48,579 nucleotides of DNA from Candidatus Tabaqchalia intestinavium (GTDB lineage Bacteria > Bacillota > Clostridia > Oscillospirales > CAJFTT01): NCBI GenBank assembly GCA_904420005.1, contig CAJFTT010000016.1, positions 1 through 48,579 of the forward strand, written 5' to 3'. The notes under the pieces are model-generated. The model was given only the letters and a program-made list of their open reading frames with translations. It searched no databases and was not told where the DNA came from. Shown one piece after another: positions 46,191 through 48,579 of this stretch. The stretch's first letter is position 1, and every line of letters starts with the position of its first letter. The translations under genes were made by a program, and so were the position numbers.

Positions 46191-46859
46191 TTACTCGCTG
46201 AGCTTATAGCCCACGTTGCGCACCGTCTGGATCGCGGCGCCCGCATCCCCCAGCTTGCGGCGCAGGGTCTTGATATGCATATCCACCGTGCGGCTCTCTC
46301 CCTCAAAGTCAAAGCCCCACACGTTGTCCATAATTTTCTCGCGTGTCAGCACAATGCCCTGGTTGCGCATGAGCAGCTTGAGCAGCTCATATTCCTTAAA
46401 CGTCAAGGTGACGGGAGCGCCGCCCACCGAAACGCTGCGCCGCTCATCCTCCAGCACAATCTCCCCGCAGCGCAGCACATCTCCCGGCTCGCGCGAGGCC
46501 GTGCGCCGCAGCAGCGCTTTGACCCGGGATACCAGCTCCAGCACGCCGAAAGGCTTGGTGAGATAATCGTCCGCCCCGAGGTCCAGGCCCTTGACCTTGT
46601 CCAGCTCGCTGCCTTTGGCCGTCACCATAATGACCGGCACATCCCGCGTGCGGTCGCTCTGGCGAAGGGAACGGAGCACCGACAGTCCGTCCCGCCCGGG
46701 CAGCATGATGTCGAGCAGCACGAGATCGGGCAGCGCTTTCTCCACCGCGCGGAAAAAGCTGTCCGCGTCAGTGAATCCCTGCGTCTCGTAGCCGCTGTTT
46801 TTCAGCGCGTACCGCTCCATTTCGCGGATGTCCGCGTCGTCTTCAATAATATAAATCAT
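46191..46859 (-). CDS. phoP: OmpR-family response regulator, PhoP/PhoB-like
   Basis: 222 aa from MIYIIEDDADIREM. Receiver Asp (LVLLDIMLP). Winged-helix C-terminus (TVDMHIKTLRRKL). AAGGAG RBS. Confidence 0.85.
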   Translation of the reverse strand: MIYIIEDDADIREMERYALKNSGYETQGFTDADSFFRAVEKALPDLVLLDIMLPGRDGLSVLRSLRQSDRTRDVPVIMVTAKGSELDKVKGLDLGADDYLTKPFGVLELVSRVKALLRRTASREPGDVLRCGEIVLEDERRSVSVGGAPVTLTFKEYELLKLLMRNQGIVLTREKIMDNVWGFDFEGESRTVDMHIKTLRRKLGDAGAAIQTVRNVGYKLSE

Positions 46860-46976
46860 ACGGAAACTCCTTCCCGTCCTTCCGGCAGATTTTGCATTTT
46901 CTCCGCTCATGCAAGGGGAAAAGCGGCAAAATTCGACACCATCAGAACAAAAGCCCCAAATCCCCCCATTATGTTT

Positions 46977-47005
46977 ATCATACAATATTTTTCCCTGCAA
47001 AACAA
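46977..47005 (-). promoter_or_regulatory. putative promoter of phoP-phoR
   Basis: Minus strand TTGTTT, 17 bp, TATGAT. Confidence 0.35.
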
Positions 47006-47145
47006 TAGCCATTTTGCAAAAAGCCCTCCCAACTTCTTCCCGTCCAGCGGAAAAAATTGAGAGGGATTGCCCAAAAGCAGCGTTTTTGCTGCGTTTGGAG
47101 AGAAACAATGGCCCTATCTGACCGTTCGAAGCAGCCTCCCGCCGT

Positions 47146-47877
47146 TCAGCCGGCCTGCTGATCCGCGAGAATCTTTTCGAGCACCGCCACCGCCTGTGTG
47201 TACCGGGCGCGCGCCGCCTCGTCGTCCTGCTGCCCGCTGCCGTCAAACACGCGCAGGCACAGATACAGCTCCCGGTCGCTCATCTCCTGCAGCGTCGGCA
47301 GAGAGCCGAGCGCCGTGCCATCCCAGGAGACGCGGTACGGGTCGGCGCCCTCCGGCAGGTCGAGCACTTCCTCCAAAGGCTGCAGCACGCCGCCCGGCAG
47401 GCCGCCCTCCCCCGCGCCCATCTGCCGCAGCGTCTGATAAGACGCGTCGTCACAGAGAATCAGAAACGATTGTCCGTCCCCGAGCTGCAGCACAAGGCTC
47501 TGCTGCATAGTGGTGGTGTAATTATTGGCGTCGCCGATCTGCACATCCGCCGATGTCGTCCCCGTGATCGCGGCGTTGGTGTTGAGCGCAGACACATAGC
47601 AGCTGACTTTTCCGTCGCCGTTATAATCCTCGAGGTAGTCCTGCTGAATTTTATACTGGATCTCCTCCGCGTAAGGCTGCGTGGCGGCATCCGACGAGCT
47701 GGTGATCAGCAGCACCCGCATGTCCGGCTCCACGCGCTGGATGCACTGCGTCAGTCCCACGATCACCGTAAGGAGCAGCAGCACGCCCACAACGACATAC
47801 CACTTATAATAATACCAGAAATTCGCAGCTTTCTCCCCAAACGTCTGGCCCTCTGGCCGCTTGTTTTCCTGCTCCAT
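47146..47877 (-). CDS. hypothetical membrane-anchored extracytoplasmic protein
   Basis: 243 aa from MEQENKRPEG. GAAGGAGG RBS 6 nt upstream. Single N-terminal TM (WYVVVGVLLLLTVIVGL). The 5' extension of the track ORF was rejected. Confidence 0.6.
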   Translation of the reverse strand: MEQENKRPEGQTFGEKAANFWYYYKWYVVVGVLLLLTVIVGLTQCIQRVEPDMRVLLITSSSDAATQPYAEEIQYKIQQDYLEDYNGDGKVSCYVSALNTNAAITGTTSADVQIGDANNYTTTMQQSLVLQLGDGQSFLILCDDASYQTLRQMGAGEGGLPGGVLQPLEEVLDLPEGADPYRVSWDGTALGSLPTLQEMSDRELYLCLRVFDGSGQQDDEAARARYTQAVAVLEKILADQQAG

Positions 47878-47950
47878 ATCGCGCCTCCTTCGCGCCAGCG
47901 CGCCCCGCGGGCGCTGTCTCCGTTCCCTGCAAATAAGTTGGATCCTATTT

Positions 47951-47979
47951 ATTTTACCAGATTCGGCGCAGCCCTGCAA
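47951..47979 (-). promoter_or_regulatory. promoter of the 47146-47877 gene
   Basis: Minus strand TTGCAG, 17 bp, TAAAAT. Confidence 0.45.
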
Positions 47980-48579
47980 GCCATGTACTATGATGGCAAT
48001 GTGCCCATTGCGACACAATCCGGCGAAAACGGTATCCACGCAGCGAGCCGCGCCGGGCGCCCCGCCGACCGTGCTAAGGTGGACAAGGGACAACGTGTCC
48101 AGCAGCGGCTGGAACAGGCGCGGGCGTCGGCCCGCTGTCCTGCTGCGGCCTTGTCCGTACCCTTTCTGCCACTGGATCTACAACGTTTTTCGGGAGGAAA
48201 ACGGACGCAGACCCTGCTGACGAGGCGACCGACCGCCCGTTTGCCCCGAAAAACCGTTTTTTCCTTTGTCCGATGAGAGTAAGGTGGAATGGAATACAGC
48301 TTGCACAAAGGGAACAGCAATTTTTTGTATATCCCTGTTTTGTCCATCCCACAATCGCTCTCTTTTCGGCACCAAACCGCCTCACCCGCGCCGCTGCCTG
48401 CCGGGCGCAGCAACCTGCCCCGAGCGGTTCCGGCCGCCAGCAAGCGCATTCTTCCGGCGCATCGAAGCCAATAAATCAACACCGCCCCGTTGTGAAGTGA
48501 CCCCAAAAAGTTAGACAATATTTTGCAGTAGAAAAAGTTCAAGCAACCGAAAGGGCTTGTTGTCTGTGGAGTGCAGGCG

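Overview
This is a high-GC (about 60-65%) bacterial chromosomal segment that is gene-dense on both strands. Gene content is typical of Firmicutes/Clostridia: DUF1292, DUF1836, UPF0371/DUF1846, a YfhO-CsbB pair, NfeD-flotillin, and an rnj-gdpP-rplI-dnaB cluster resembling B. subtilis yybS-yybT-rplI-dnaB. Nearly all content is housekeeping. In coordinate order it holds: a YfhO-family membrane glycosyltransferase with an adjacent GT2 GtrB/CsbB-like transferase; a lipoprotein, a small ORF and an orphan ABC substrate-binding lipoprotein; DUF1292; a lactonase; an AgcS symporter; an APH-family phosphotransferase, purL and mtaB (one minus-strand run); an HPr/Crh-like protein overlapping a metallophosphoesterase; mntP; DUF1836-NfeD-flotillin; SseB, metA and a 1028-aa multidomain cell-wall amidase; rpsF-ssb-rpsR; dnaB-rplI-gdpP-rnj; DUF1846; GtrA; a P-II-like (DarA/PstA-like) small protein; a polar amino-acid ABC transporter (ATPase-permease-SBP); an unknown membrane protein; a Na/Pi cotransporter with phoR-phoP; and a membrane-anchored hypothetical. 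I found no rRNA, tRNA, CRISPR array, IS element or integrase. The points most worth a second look are: (i) RNase J with a 135-aa lysine/alanine-rich N-terminal extension initiated at TTG; (ii) a perfect-consensus sigma-A promoter plus a ~315-nt structured leader on rnj; (iii) a P-II/DarA-like gene behind a riboswitch-like leader that ends in an intrinsic terminator; (iv) a 50-bp perfect palindrome between the metallophosphoesterase and mntP; (v) a 20-bp perfect palindrome upstream of the DUF1836-nfeD-floT promoter; (vi) a Crh-like HPr paralog translationally coupled to a phosphoesterase; (vii) several 300-700 bp gene-free, structured intergenic stretches that may encode sRNAs or leaders. All coordinates and motifs were read by eye. 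Family assignments are from memory of protein families and need HMM or BLAST confirmation.
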